The translations under genes and the position numbers were made by a program. DNA of 50,777 nucleotides from positions 1-50,777 of the forward strand of contig CALRGH010000002.1 in assembly GCA_943357245.1 (NCBI GenBank). Reading direction: 5' to 3'. Positions within the stretch are counted from its first letter, which is position 1; the number at the start of each line of letters is the position of its first letter. Under the pieces are notes generated by a model. It saw only the letters and a list, made by a program, of their open reading frames with translations, had not been told where the DNA came from and did not search any database. This document shows positions 29,215-38,268 of the stretch, piece by piece. This DNA is from Candidatus Nomurabacteria bacterium. GTDB lineage: Bacteria > Patescibacteriota > Minisyncoccia > Phycocordibacterales > UBA9973.

Positions 29215-29251
29215 CCCTTGCTACTTGCTACCAGTTCCTTGCTACTAATAC
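29215..29251. repeat. Family C word repeat (CCCTTGCTACTTGCTACC...)
   Basis: In minus sense reads ...GTAGCAAGTAGCAAGGGAAAAAAG immediately 5' of the ATG at 29207. Confidence 0.7.
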
Positions 29252-29772
29252 TCTCCCCTCACCACCACCGTATCATAAAAATTTCTAGTAATAACTACCC
29301 CGTTTGTATTTGTAATCGTCATTTCAATTTTTACTGCAGTGCCAACGGGTGTGGTGATTTTTCTAAACACAAGATTACTTATTTGCTGACTTGCATCAGT
29401 GAGAGTTCCTGTCACGACACCATTTTCTTTTAATCGAAGTGCCCCACTGCTGATATCAAATACAACTACTCGTGCAACACCTGCTCCATCTTGTGTGTTG
29501 AGTGAAAGTACTCCAGGGCTTGCGTCAAAGGTGCTTCCTGCCGTATCGATACTTTGTGCCCCGCGTATTTCACGCGACATTCGTTCCATGGTAAGTGAGG
29601 CGGTCGATGCAAGGGTACGCATCGTTTTTACTTCAGCGAATGATTTCATAGCAATAATGAGCGCGTTAATAATAGCGATTGAAAGTAATGCAAAAAGTGC
29701 CAAGTAAATAACTAATTCAATAATGCTATAGCCTTTCTGTTGTTTTGTTGAAAAAAAGTGGTGCATATACAA
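29245..29772 (-). CDS. Type IV pilin-like protein (prepilin N-terminal cleavage/methylation motif)
   Basis: KG/YSIIELVIYLALF: Gly-1, Glu+5, hydrophobic helix. Confidence 0.7.
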   Translation of the reverse strand: MYMHHFFSTKQQKGYSIIELVIYLALFALLSIAIINALIIAMKSFAEVKTMRTLASTASLTMERMSREIRGAQSIDTAGSTFDASPGVLSLNTQDGAGVARVVVFDISSGALRLKENGVVTGTLTDASQQISNLVFRKITTPVGTAVKIEMTITNTNGVVITRNFYDTVVVRGEY

Positions 29773-29775
29773 TTA

Positions 29776-30270
29776 CTAACTTGCAATATCTGCTATATAA
29801 AAAATAAGACTCTCTGTTTGTGTTGCGCCTTTTGCTTGCCACGACACCGTCACGGTGACTTTTTTGGTACCTGTATCAAGTGTGCCCGTAGAAGCAATAT
29901 CATCTGTAGCATCCCGCGATACATCAGCGATCAGTATGGTTCGAGTAAATCCATCGATGGTATTTGGTGTACTCGTCACTGTCCACGTACCACCAACAAA
30001 TGCAAGATATCGAGTAGTATTTGTCGGCACGGCGGTTATAGAAGCCCAACTTGTATCACGAATAAGTTTTACTGCTTCTGCTCCTTCTTCAATAAGAAGA
30101 TTTGCTTGTCCTCGCGCAAGTGACAACTGCGCCACTTGCACAGATTTTTGCAGTGTCGCCGTAAGAATAAGAAAGGTGATCAATATAATAGAAGCTGCAA
30201 TCAAAATTTCAACAAGTACGGATCCGGCAATAGTGTTTTTCTTTTTATGTTGTTGATTTTTTATTTTCAT
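29776..30270 (-). CDS. Type IV pilin-like protein
   Basis: AG/SVLVEILIAAS: Gly-1, Glu+5. Confidence 0.65.
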   Translation of the reverse strand: MKIKNQQHKKKNTIAGSVLVEILIAASIILITFLILTATLQKSVQVAQLSLARGQANLLIEEGAEAVKLIRDTSWASITAVPTNTTRYLAFVGGTWTVTSTPNTIDGFTRTILIADVSRDATDDIASTGTLDTGTKKVTVTVSWQAKGATQTESLIFYIADIAS

Positions 30271-30282
30271 ATCTTTAGATTT

Positions 30283-30326
30283 CCCTGCTACTTGCTACCA
30301 GCTCCCTGCTACATGTCTTACTAATC
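30283..30326. repeat. Family C word repeat
   Basis: CCCTGCTACTTGCTACCAGCTCCCTGCTAC between pilin genes. Confidence 0.7.
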
Positions 30327-30803
30327 GCTACTCACCACACCCGTTTTTGCAATCGTAATTGTTTTTTGTCCTTCACTTGTATCAGTAAGCGTTACTACAA
30401 GCGTACCATAATTATCCGTAGCGCCCGTCAATCGTTCAAAGACAACATCATCTCCTCCTCCCGCAAGTGCAATATCACTGATAGAGACTTTACTATCACT
30501 TACCACGACTTCCGAAATTGATGCATCTACATCATACGATGTCCCAGAAAAAAGTATCGCTTTGTCCGATTGCAAATGCACGCCATATTGCAATAAGTTT
30601 TCAGAAGAAAGTGTTTTCACCCGAGCTTGATTGAGAAGCGCAATAATACTCTCATTGGTATTTTTAATAGCCTGCGCATTCCGAAATGAAGCAAATGGTC
30701 CGATGATTGCGGTCGCAATAATAGCAAGAATAGCAATTGAAATAAGAATTTCAATAAATGAGAACCCCTGATGCGAAAATGTTTTGTGTTTTTTTGTGTT
30801 CAT
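30321..30803 (-). CDS. Type IV pilin-like protein
   Basis: QG/FSFIEILISIAIL, a classical class III signal. Confidence 0.75.
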   Translation of the reverse strand: MNTKKHKTFSHQGFSFIEILISIAILAIIATAIIGPFASFRNAQAIKNTNESIIALLNQARVKTLSSENLLQYGVHLQSDKAILFSGTSYDVDASISEVVVSDSKVSISDIALAGGGDDVVFERLTGATDNYGTLVVTLTDTSEGQKTITIAKTGVVSSD

Positions 30804-30849
30804 ATTTTGTGTTCCTGCTTCCTATTTACTACTAACTACTTCCTACTTA

Positions 30850-32061
30850 CTAAATCGCATTAACCAATGAATACATCGGCGTAATCATTGAAATGGCAAA
30901 AAATCCAACTGCTGCTCCGATTAAGATCATAAGAATCGGCTCAATAATTGTCGTCAAATCTTTTGTTTTCAAATCAACTTCATCTTCATAAAATGACGCG
31001 ACATCCGAAAGCATTGTTGATAAATTCCCTGTTTCCTCCCCCACTTCAATCATTTCTCCTACCATCACGGGATACAACTGTATATTTTCTTTAATCGCCT
31101 TTGAAATAGGCACCCCTTTTTCGACATTATTTGCCACGGTGGCGAGTACTTCTTTATAAAAATGATTTTGAATAACATCTCTCGTAATCAATATTGCACG
31201 CGTCACGCTCACGCCCGCAGCAAGGAGAGACGCAAGCGTGCGTGTGGTGCGAGCGGCATTTACCTCTTTGGTGATAAGCCCAATGACCGGCAATCGCAAC
31301 AATACATATTCAAACCCATATTTAACAGACCGCAATTTTGAAAGAAAATACAAGCCGATACCGGTAGAAAATAAAATACCAAAAAATAATAACGTGTGCT
31401 TAGAAAGTGCATTTGAAATAAAAATCACCACTTTTGTTGACCCAGGAAGTTCAGCATCAAGCTCTGCGAAGGTGTTGACGAGCGTTGGCACCACAAAAAT
31501 AAACATCAAAATACCAATTAAAAATACTGCAGCGACGATAATCATCGGGTATGTCATCGCGCCTTTTATTTTTTTAATCAAGGTGTACTCTTTTTCAAGA
31601 TGTATACCTATTTCTTTAAGTGACTTTGCCAAACTTCCCGACTCTTCCCCTGCTTTAACCATCGCAATAAAAATAGTTGAAAATACTTTTGGAAATTTCT
31701 CCATACCTGATGATAAATTGCCACCAGCATCAATACTCTTCATGAGCGCCTCAAGTACTTCAGATAATTTTGGATTCGCGGACTGTTTTTTTAATACTTC
31801 AAGGGCACGATACAAGGAAAGTCCCGCAGAGAGCATTCCTGAAAGATTTCGGGTAAACAAAATTTTTTCATGGAGGGTAATGCGACTAAAAAAATGCGCA
31901 AAGACATCAGAAAATTGTTGCGATGGCTTCCACGCAACGGCACTAATAGGAAATTCACCGATATCTCTCACTGTTTTTGCAGCAGCAAAACGATCAACAG
32001 CATCGATAATTACCTCTTTTCGTTCTCCTGTCTTTGTTTGTGAGACAATAGTAAATTTCAT
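30850..32061 (-). CDS. pilC: Type IV pilus platform protein PilC (GspF family)
   Basis: 403 aa; duplicated T2SSF domain; three TM segments. Confidence 0.9.
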   Translation of the reverse strand: MKFTIVSQTKTGERKEVIIDAVDRFAAAKTVRDIGEFPISAVAWKPSQQFSDVFAHFFSRITLHEKILFTRNLSGMLSAGLSLYRALEVLKKQSANPKLSEVLEALMKSIDAGGNLSSGMEKFPKVFSTIFIAMVKAGEESGSLAKSLKEIGIHLEKEYTLIKKIKGAMTYPMIIVAAVFLIGILMFIFVVPTLVNTFAELDAELPGSTKVVIFISNALSKHTLLFFGILFSTGIGLYFLSKLRSVKYGFEYVLLRLPVIGLITKEVNAARTTRTLASLLAAGVSVTRAILITRDVIQNHFYKEVLATVANNVEKGVPISKAIKENIQLYPVMVGEMIEVGEETGNLSTMLSDVASFYEDEVDLKTKDLTTIIEPILMILIGAAVGFFAISMITPMYSLVNAI

Positions 32062-32073
32062 TCAGTTTCTTTT

Positions 32074-33834
32074 TTACTCCGACACCACCCGCAACACCTC
32101 CTCAATCGTCGTTTCGCCTTGCACCGCGAGGTAAATACCATCTTCAAGCATCGTCATCATGCCTTCTTTTTTCGCTTGTTCTTGAATCGCATCTTCTGAT
32201 GCGCCTTTTAGAATCATTTCTTTGAGCGTTGTTGTCACAGTCATCACTTCGTGAATACCGACACGACCTTTATACCCATCTGGTGCTTCTTCACTTTGTT
32301 TTGGTCTGAAAATTGGCAAATCTTGCCAGGTAGCATTCGGACCAATCACATTTTCTTTTTTGAGAATATCGAGCATGCGCGACAAATCAACAATTTTACC
32401 AAGCGCGTCTATCTCTGTTTTTGTCATCACACTTTTTTCTTTGTCATCCGCAAGTCTGCGCACAAGACGTTGGCCAATCACTGTTTTTACCGTTGAAATA
32501 ATAAGAAATGGTTCCGAGCCCATATCTATCATGCGCGGTACGGCACCTGCAGCGGAGTTGGTGTGAATTGTCGAAAGCACTAAGTGTCCGGTGAGCGATG
32601 CATTGATTGCAAGCGACGCCGTTTCTTCATCACGGATTTCTCCCACCATCACAATATCCGGATCTTGGCGGAGGAGCGTGCGCAGACCGTTTGCAAAACT
32701 AAATCCAATTTCCGGTTTTACTTGCGATTGATTAATCCGTGGCATTTGATATTCAATCGGATCTTCAATGGTTGAAATATTTACTTCGGGAGTATTGAGC
32801 ATATCGAGCATCGTATAGAGCGTGGTCGTTTTACCGGAACCGGTCGGTCCTGTTGCCAAAATCATACCCGTCTTCTGACGCATCGCATGATGAATACGCT
32901 CAAGTGCCTCGCCGTGAAAGCCAAGACTTTCAAGCGTGTAGCCTTTACTATTTTCAATCAAAATACGAAAGACAGTTTTCTCACCGAAATACGTCGGCAA
33001 TGTCGATACACGAAATGACACACTTTGTCCTTCGTTGTGCATTTTGAAACGCCCATCTTGCGGGAGCCGTTTTTCATCCAATTTTAAATTTGAAAGCACT
33101 TTAATACGTGCAACAACACCAGCTGCAGATTCTTTCGGGAGGGACATCGCATCGTGCAAAATACCGTCGATACGATAGCGGACAATAAGTGCATCTTCTG
33201 TTGGTTCGATATGGACATCTGATGCACCTTGTAAAATAGCGTGTGAGATAAGCGTGTCGACGATTTTCACAATCGGCAAATCTTCTGCTAATGCTGCTAA
33301 TTCTTTTGTTGAAACATCGCCGTCTCTTGATTCACTCTGAAGATCGAGCTTGCCAATAGTCGCCCCTTCTTTTTTGATAATCGCATCAAAATCAGCTTGC
33401 AGACTTTTGCGATATTGTGCGAGTGCTTGTTTGATAGAAGCAGTATCGGTGAGTCGTGGTAATATCTTGAGTGCCACTTTTTTCTTTATCGAATCAAGCA
33501 CGGTCATATCATCAATATCAAGCATGGCGACTTCAAACTCATCTCCTCTCTTTTTATAGGCAATAATATTTTGTGAACGAGCAATCGGCTCAGGAATCAT
33601 CGACAGTATTTCAAAAGGAATTTTTTCTCCAATAAGCGACACGAATGGTACGCCAAATGCATAGGCATGTAACCGAGCCAAATCACTTTCATTCATTTTG
33701 CCAAGCGTAAGCAATGCATCACTGAGCGTCATATTATTTTCTTTGCCGTATGCTTCTGCTTTTTCTATATCTGCAGGACTTGCAAGTGATGCGTCGAGAA
33801 TTAATTTTTTTAATCGCTCTTCATTGATAGTCAT
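32074..33834 (-). CDS. pilB: Type IV pilus assembly ATPase PilB (GspE family)
   Basis: Start trimmed to MTINEERL. Walker A GPTGSGKTT, Asp box and His box present. Confidence 0.92.
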   Translation of the reverse strand: MTINEERLKKLILDASLASPADIEKAEAYGKENNMTLSDALLTLGKMNESDLARLHAYAFGVPFVSLIGEKIPFEILSMIPEPIARSQNIIAYKKRGDEFEVAMLDIDDMTVLDSIKKKVALKILPRLTDTASIKQALAQYRKSLQADFDAIIKKEGATIGKLDLQSESRDGDVSTKELAALAEDLPIVKIVDTLISHAILQGASDVHIEPTEDALIVRYRIDGILHDAMSLPKESAAGVVARIKVLSNLKLDEKRLPQDGRFKMHNEGQSVSFRVSTLPTYFGEKTVFRILIENSKGYTLESLGFHGEALERIHHAMRQKTGMILATGPTGSGKTTTLYTMLDMLNTPEVNISTIEDPIEYQMPRINQSQVKPEIGFSFANGLRTLLRQDPDIVMVGEIRDEETASLAINASLTGHLVLSTIHTNSAAGAVPRMIDMGSEPFLIISTVKTVIGQRLVRRLADDKEKSVMTKTEIDALGKIVDLSRMLDILKKENVIGPNATWQDLPIFRPKQSEEAPDGYKGRVGIHEVMTVTTTLKEMILKGASEDAIQEQAKKEGMMTMLEDGIYLAVQGETTIEEVLRVVSE

Positions 33835-33861
33835 TATGTATGTAGTATATACCAGCAAAAG

Positions 33862-33892
33862 AAAAAACACCGTGGATTAATCGGTGTTTTTT
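33862..33892 (-). terminator. Stem-loop with T-run between the small secreted genes and pilB (terminator or attenuator)
   Basis: ACACCG...CGGTGT stem, TTTTTT following in minus sense. Confidence 0.55.
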
Positions 33893-33905
33893 CTTTTTTT
33901 TTCTT

Positions 33906-33939
33906 CCTTGCTACGAGTCCCCTGCTACTTGCTACTATC
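33906..33939. repeat. Family C word repeat
   Basis: CCTTGCTACGAGTCCCCTGCTACTTGCTAC. Confidence 0.7.
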
Positions 33940-34311
33940 TTACGGACACAATACAAGCTTGCCATCACTGCGATCTACACAAAGCGTATGATTACCAACG
34001 TTCCCGTCTTTGAATTTATAAAAATACACTTTTGGTGCAAACGTACTCGAACCAAGTGTCCCACCGATGTGGACATCCGTATGAAATTCACTGTTTAAAT
34101 TTGCAAAAAAAGTACCGACACCAAGCCCTCCATACGTACCTCCTTGCGCTTTGATTTGATTAGCGGTTCCACTGTGTAATGGTTCATACGCATTATTGGC
34201 AGGAGCAGCGCTTGGTGCATTCACCCATGATGCACTGGCAACTTGCACCCCTATTACGATGATGAGGAAAAGAATGAGTGCTTTTGTGTTTTGTACGAAA
34301 ATTTTTTGCAT
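33940..34311 (-). CDS. Small secreted protein, paralog A
   Basis: 123 aa; Sec-type signal ending ASA/SW; shares the W.AP..P..NAY.PL...NQ.K...GGLGVG.F and C-terminal C.D...GKLV.CP pattern with 34342..34704. Confidence 0.6.
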   Translation of the reverse strand: MQKIFVQNTKALILFLIIVIGVQVASASWVNAPSAAPANNAYEPLHSGTANQIKAQGGTYGGLGVGTFFANLNSEFHTDVHIGGTLGSSTFAPKVYFYKFKDGNVGNHTLCVDRSDGKLVLCP

Positions 34312-34323
34312 ATGTTTTGTCTT

Positions 34324-34345
34324 CCTTGCTACTTGCTACCACTAC
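34324..34345. repeat. Family C word repeat
   Basis: CCTTGCTACTTGCTACCACTAC between the two paralogs. Confidence 0.7.
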
Positions 34346-34704
34346 GGACAAATAACCAACTTACCACTCAATCCATCTACACACACCGGCACAATAGCGC
34401 TTGTGCCATTTTTTAATTCTTGCACATATACATCTCCAGGAGTAACGCTTCCTGTTGGATCTCCAAATGACACATCTCCTAAAAAGTAGGCGGTATCTGT
34501 CGCAAGAAATGCACCAACACCAAGTCCACCAGCATTTTCTGGGGTACTGCCGACTTGTTTTGCCTGATTCACACTCGATGTATTGAGTGGTGGATATGCA
34601 TTAGCGCCTGGAGGACTCACTGTCGGCGCAGTCCAGTTTGCGCTCGCCACTGTTGCACCGATTGCAACGAGTATTCCTAATATAATTGCTTTGCCATTTT
34701 TCAT
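34342..34704 (-). CDS. Small secreted protein, paralog B
   Basis: 120 aa; signal ending ASA/NW; paralogous to 33940..34311. Confidence 0.6.
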   Translation of the reverse strand: MKNGKAIILGILVAIGATVASANWTAPTVSPPGANAYPPLNTSSVNQAKQVGSTPENAGGLGVGAFLATDTAYFLGDVSFGDPTGSVTPGDVYVQELKNGTSAIVPVCVDGLSGKLVICP

Positions 34705-34739
34705 ATTTTTATTATACCCTAAACTTATAAATTTTAATG

Positions 34740-37700
34740 TTACGAATCAATAAACACCGGCTGAATCGGGGCACTCGTGCCTGATGACCCACAAGAACCA
34801 TCAGCAGGTTTTACTATAAGTGTCGCTGTATCATTACTATTAAATGCTCCTGAAGCAGTGCAAATTAAGTTAAGTACATACGTACCATCTAAAATTGGTG
34901 CGAGCGGAAGCGGATAATTATCGTATCCAGGGAAAAGAGTTACTGACCCAGTTTGTCCTCCTGTCATATTAAATCCTGTTTCTGTATCACCTGTAGCATC
35001 ACATTTTGTTCCAATATCAGACGACCATGAAGCGACAGGGATTTGTCCGTCGCCAGAAACAATACACGCAGGGCTAATATTGAAGGCTGTATTTATTTGT
35101 TGAAATATGATTGCCGCACAAATACTTACATTACAAGTACCATTGTCAATATACCCAGAGTCACTTGCATCACAATACTCTTCTGTCTGTGTTATCCCAT
35201 CTCCACAAAATCCTCCATCTACCGTCATTTTTGTACAAGCACCAACAGATGTATCATCTACCATACCAGTGCCTCCACAATATGGTTCTGATCCACCATA
35301 CGGCACATTTGTAGGAATAGTTCCATTCAATACACCATCATCACATTCTTCCGGATCCTCTGGATTTCCATCACCACAAGAAATTGCTGCGACTGTCATA
35401 ACCTGACACGCATTCGCTCCTCCACCACAATACGTACAACCTGTACTTCCTGGTGTACACGCAATGCCATTACTTGCTCCGGCATCACATTGCTCTCCTG
35501 CTTCTAGTGCAGCATTTCCACAAACAGCTGCGGCAATACATGCTTGTGCATTTGGTTGAATATGAATGGTTGGTGCAGTTGAGGTGTCTGATTTACCACT
35601 TGTTGGATTATCACACGTAAGCGAAAGGGTTGCATATAATTCTTGTGCACCACCAGTTGCGGTAATCGTTACTGATTCAGTATGCATACCAGCAGTAACA
35701 CTTTTTGATCCACTCCACCCAGCACAGGCAACACTTGATCCATTTGCATTGGTACATGCAATACTCGCAGTACAAGTAGTTGCATTGGTACTTGGCACAC
35801 TCCAATCAACAGCGACTGATGTACCATATACCTGACACGCGTCTGGTTTTGCAGAAAGTGTTGTCGATAATTCACAATACGGTAGGGTAAATCGATCGTA
35901 GGGTGGCTGTGGTTTTGCATAGACAGGTTCGTACGATGGTAATATTGTTGATCCGATTTCTGAATTATTAATATATAAATTTTTACCCGAAGGAAAAACT
36001 ATACACTGCTCATGAGGTCCGATTGAAGCATCATTGTGTGCGGTTGTAGCATAGTACGGAGAAAGATTGTCGTTTAATTTAAACTCAAACCCATTCGGGG
36101 TTTTAAATGTCACTGTGTTATTGAGCGGAACTGTAACGGCGTCATTTATCGTCCATATTTTATTAGTATAGCGAGGTGTTCCATTTGTATTGTTTGTAGT
36201 TGAAACATTCGTCGTGCATTGATTTTTATCAAAATACACCTCTCTTGGATATTTAAAGTCTAGAGTCATCCAACTATGACCCGTTGCATTGCAAGCATGA
36301 ACAATCATTGTTCGTGATCTCCATACGTTTTGACCTTGTTGTGTGATTGCGATAGCACTTGGCGTTGTTAAATCTGTCGGCGGATAATATTCAGTAAACA
36401 ACCTCCCAAAATTAGAACCAGGGGTTTGATCTCTTCCATTAAGCAATATGCCTGGCTCCGAAATTGTACCAGCACCACAGGCAGCTCCAGCAGGGTTATT
36501 GTAATAAGCAAATCGAGCAGGATCAGAAACGGTAGCAGGAAATGCGTGCGGACCGAAAACATCAAACCCGTCCAACACATCTCTGTTGTTACAAGGAGGT
36601 CCATTACCCGGTGTCTGAAATCCTATATCATTCCCCCAATTTACATCACAACGGGCAGTGGCAGTATTTGCTGTTGAGATAGAAGAAAGATCAAGTGTCA
36701 CTTGTGGTGAATACACATCTCCCGGATCCACACACTGCGTACCGTCTGCTACTGTTTTTGTCCATGTTGGATTTGGTTCTATTTTTAACACTGGTCCACT
36801 ACACACATTACTTGAGGTAGTGAAACTCGCACTGATATCTGGAAGTGCCGGGTTTGATGATGTACAAGAAATAATAAACGTATCCGGCACAGCACCAACC
36901 GTCACTGTTTTTGTTTGCGACGGAACAGCATTTTCTCCGAGCCATTTTTGTGGAACACTGGTACTCGTCCCTGTACAGAAATATGTGCTTGCGCCTGTTC
37001 CTGTTACCCCCCAGGTCAAACTTATTTGCCCACCAGCAACTGAACAGGTATTTGGTGAGGTAAGTGTTACCGCAATAGGTTGATTTGGCGCTTCCATTGT
37101 CGCACCAGCAAAATTAATCCAACCCGTCACAGATCCTCCCCACGCATATCCACTAAGCGCCGTTGTTACAGGGTTCCAACTTACATGATAATTCGATGTT
37201 GTCGCTATATCTATAGTCCCATTGGTAAAATTTTGATCATTGTATCTACTCAAGGAAATCCATCCATCCCAACCTCCGAGCTCTATCTCTTCTTTCAATC
37301 CTCCACTACAATCTGTTTTAAATACCGAACACGCGCGTGCCCAGCCGATAAGTTCTGTTTTGTCTAAAAGCGAACCACTCTCTGTTGTCGTTGTAGGATT
37401 AACAAACTGCGCATTACATCCTGTATAGGTATTACTTCCTATTTTTGCCCCTTGATTGTTTGATGGACACCCCGCATTAAAATTAATCCACCCATAATTA
37501 GAGCTCCATGCATACCCTTCATTTCCTGGAACACCGGTAATTCCTGAAATTGAACCAAAATCATCGGCATAAAGCCCATAGGTTGTCCCATCTCCCAGTG
37601 AAATAAAGCCAATTCCTCCTCTATTCCCCGCATTATTCCCCCATGACCACCCTGTCGTCGGTAAAAAATTACTTCCACTCTTAAATGAAAGTGTTGCATT

Positions 37701-37823
37701 GTCGCCTCCCCAGATATAGCCACTTATGTTGCCGTTTACCGCAAATGCTTGTGGTGCGCCCAAAAAAAGACCAAAAAAGCTCACTACTCCTAGTATCCAA
37801 AATTGTACTTGTTTGGTGCGCAT
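34740..37823 (-). CDS. Giant secreted protein: N-terminal GYAW..GWINF repeats, central beta-rich region, C-terminal Cys-rich CGDG..EECD repeats
   Basis: 1027 aa; signal peptide. Four GY(A/I)W...GWI.F units and three CG(D/N)G....E(E/Q)CD units resembling the Myxococcus cysteine-rich repeat. Confidence 0.8.
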   Translation of the reverse strand: MRTKQVQFWILGVVSFFGLFLGAPQAFAVNGNISGYIWGGDNATLSFKSGSNFLPTTGWSWGNNAGNRGGIGFISLGDGTTYGLYADDFGSISGITGVPGNEGYAWSSNYGWINFNAGCPSNNQGAKIGSNTYTGCNAQFVNPTTTTESGSLLDKTELIGWARACSVFKTDCSGGLKEEIELGGWDGWISLSRYNDQNFTNGTIDIATTSNYHVSWNPVTTALSGYAWGGSVTGWINFAGATMEAPNQPIAVTLTSPNTCSVAGGQISLTWGVTGTGASTYFCTGTSTSVPQKWLGENAVPSQTKTVTVGAVPDTFIISCTSSNPALPDISASFTTSSNVCSGPVLKIEPNPTWTKTVADGTQCVDPGDVYSPQVTLDLSSISTANTATARCDVNWGNDIGFQTPGNGPPCNNRDVLDGFDVFGPHAFPATVSDPARFAYYNNPAGAACGAGTISEPGILLNGRDQTPGSNFGRLFTEYYPPTDLTTPSAIAITQQGQNVWRSRTMIVHACNATGHSWMTLDFKYPREVYFDKNQCTTNVSTTNNTNGTPRYTNKIWTINDAVTVPLNNTVTFKTPNGFEFKLNDNLSPYYATTAHNDASIGPHEQCIVFPSGKNLYINNSEIGSTILPSYEPVYAKPQPPYDRFTLPYCELSTTLSAKPDACQVYGTSVAVDWSVPSTNATTCTASIACTNANGSSVACAGWSGSKSVTAGMHTESVTITATGGAQELYATLSLTCDNPTSGKSDTSTAPTIHIQPNAQACIAAAVCGNAALEAGEQCDAGASNGIACTPGSTGCTYCGGGANACQVMTVAAISCGDGNPEDPEECDDGVLNGTIPTNVPYGGSEPYCGGTGMVDDTSVGACTKMTVDGGFCGDGITQTEEYCDASDSGYIDNGTCNVSICAAIIFQQINTAFNISPACIVSGDGQIPVASWSSDIGTKCDATGDTETGFNMTGGQTGSVTLFPGYDNYPLPLAPILDGTYVLNLICTASGAFNSNDTATLIVKPADGSCGSSGTSAPIQPVFIDS

Positions 37824-37837
37824 ACTATATATATGTA

Positions 37838-38122
37838 TTACCTTCCGTTAAGTGTATCGGTAATAACTGACTCAGAAGGCTGATTTTCATTTGTTCCTTT
37901 GCTCAACAACTCTGCTTGTACCGAGGAGGAAAGTCGTGGAATGTCCGTAGAGGATTCACCAAGTCTACCCAGTATTGCATATTGTTCTATTAAAAATTGG
38001 TCTTTTTGTTGTTGATTTTTAATCATCAAAAAATATGCTCCCGCACCAACAATGAGCAACACCAGTATCGCCATAATGCGTGTGTGTACTTTTTTATGCT
38101 GGTTTTCTGCGATAGGAGGCAT
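37838..38122 (-). CDS. Hypothetical single-pass membrane protein
   Basis: Start trimmed to MPPIAENQ, because the longer ORF would cover the nusA promoter. Confidence 0.4.
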   Translation of the reverse strand: MPPIAENQHKKVHTRIMAILVLLIVGAGAYFLMIKNQQQKDQFLIEQYAILGRLGESSTDIPRLSSSVQAELLSKGTNENQPSESVITDTLNGR

Positions 38123-38175
38123 TTGTACTAGTAGTATATCATTTATAAAAATGTTACCTGTGTAAAAAAATATTA

Positions 38176-38204
38176 TTGTGGAAAAAAACAACATATGGTA
38201 TAAT
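38176..38204 (+). promoter_or_regulatory. Sigma-70-type promoter of nusA
   Basis: TTGTGG, 17-nt spacer, TGgTATAAT (extended -10); 64 nt before the ATG. Confidence 0.65.
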
Positions 38205-38268
38205 ACCCCTGTTACTGGTTCGTCGAAAGACGGACTATTTTTATTAAAAATTAATAACAAAAAAATAT

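Noticed and set aside
31238-32134. 298-aa plus-strand ORF, with similar long antisense ORFs at 38244-38741, 40853-41257, 42440-42946 and 44901-45323
   Set aside because: Each lies fully antisense to a confidently identified gene (pilC, nusA, the Asp-rich protein, tig, rny) and has a biased Ser/Ile-rich composition.
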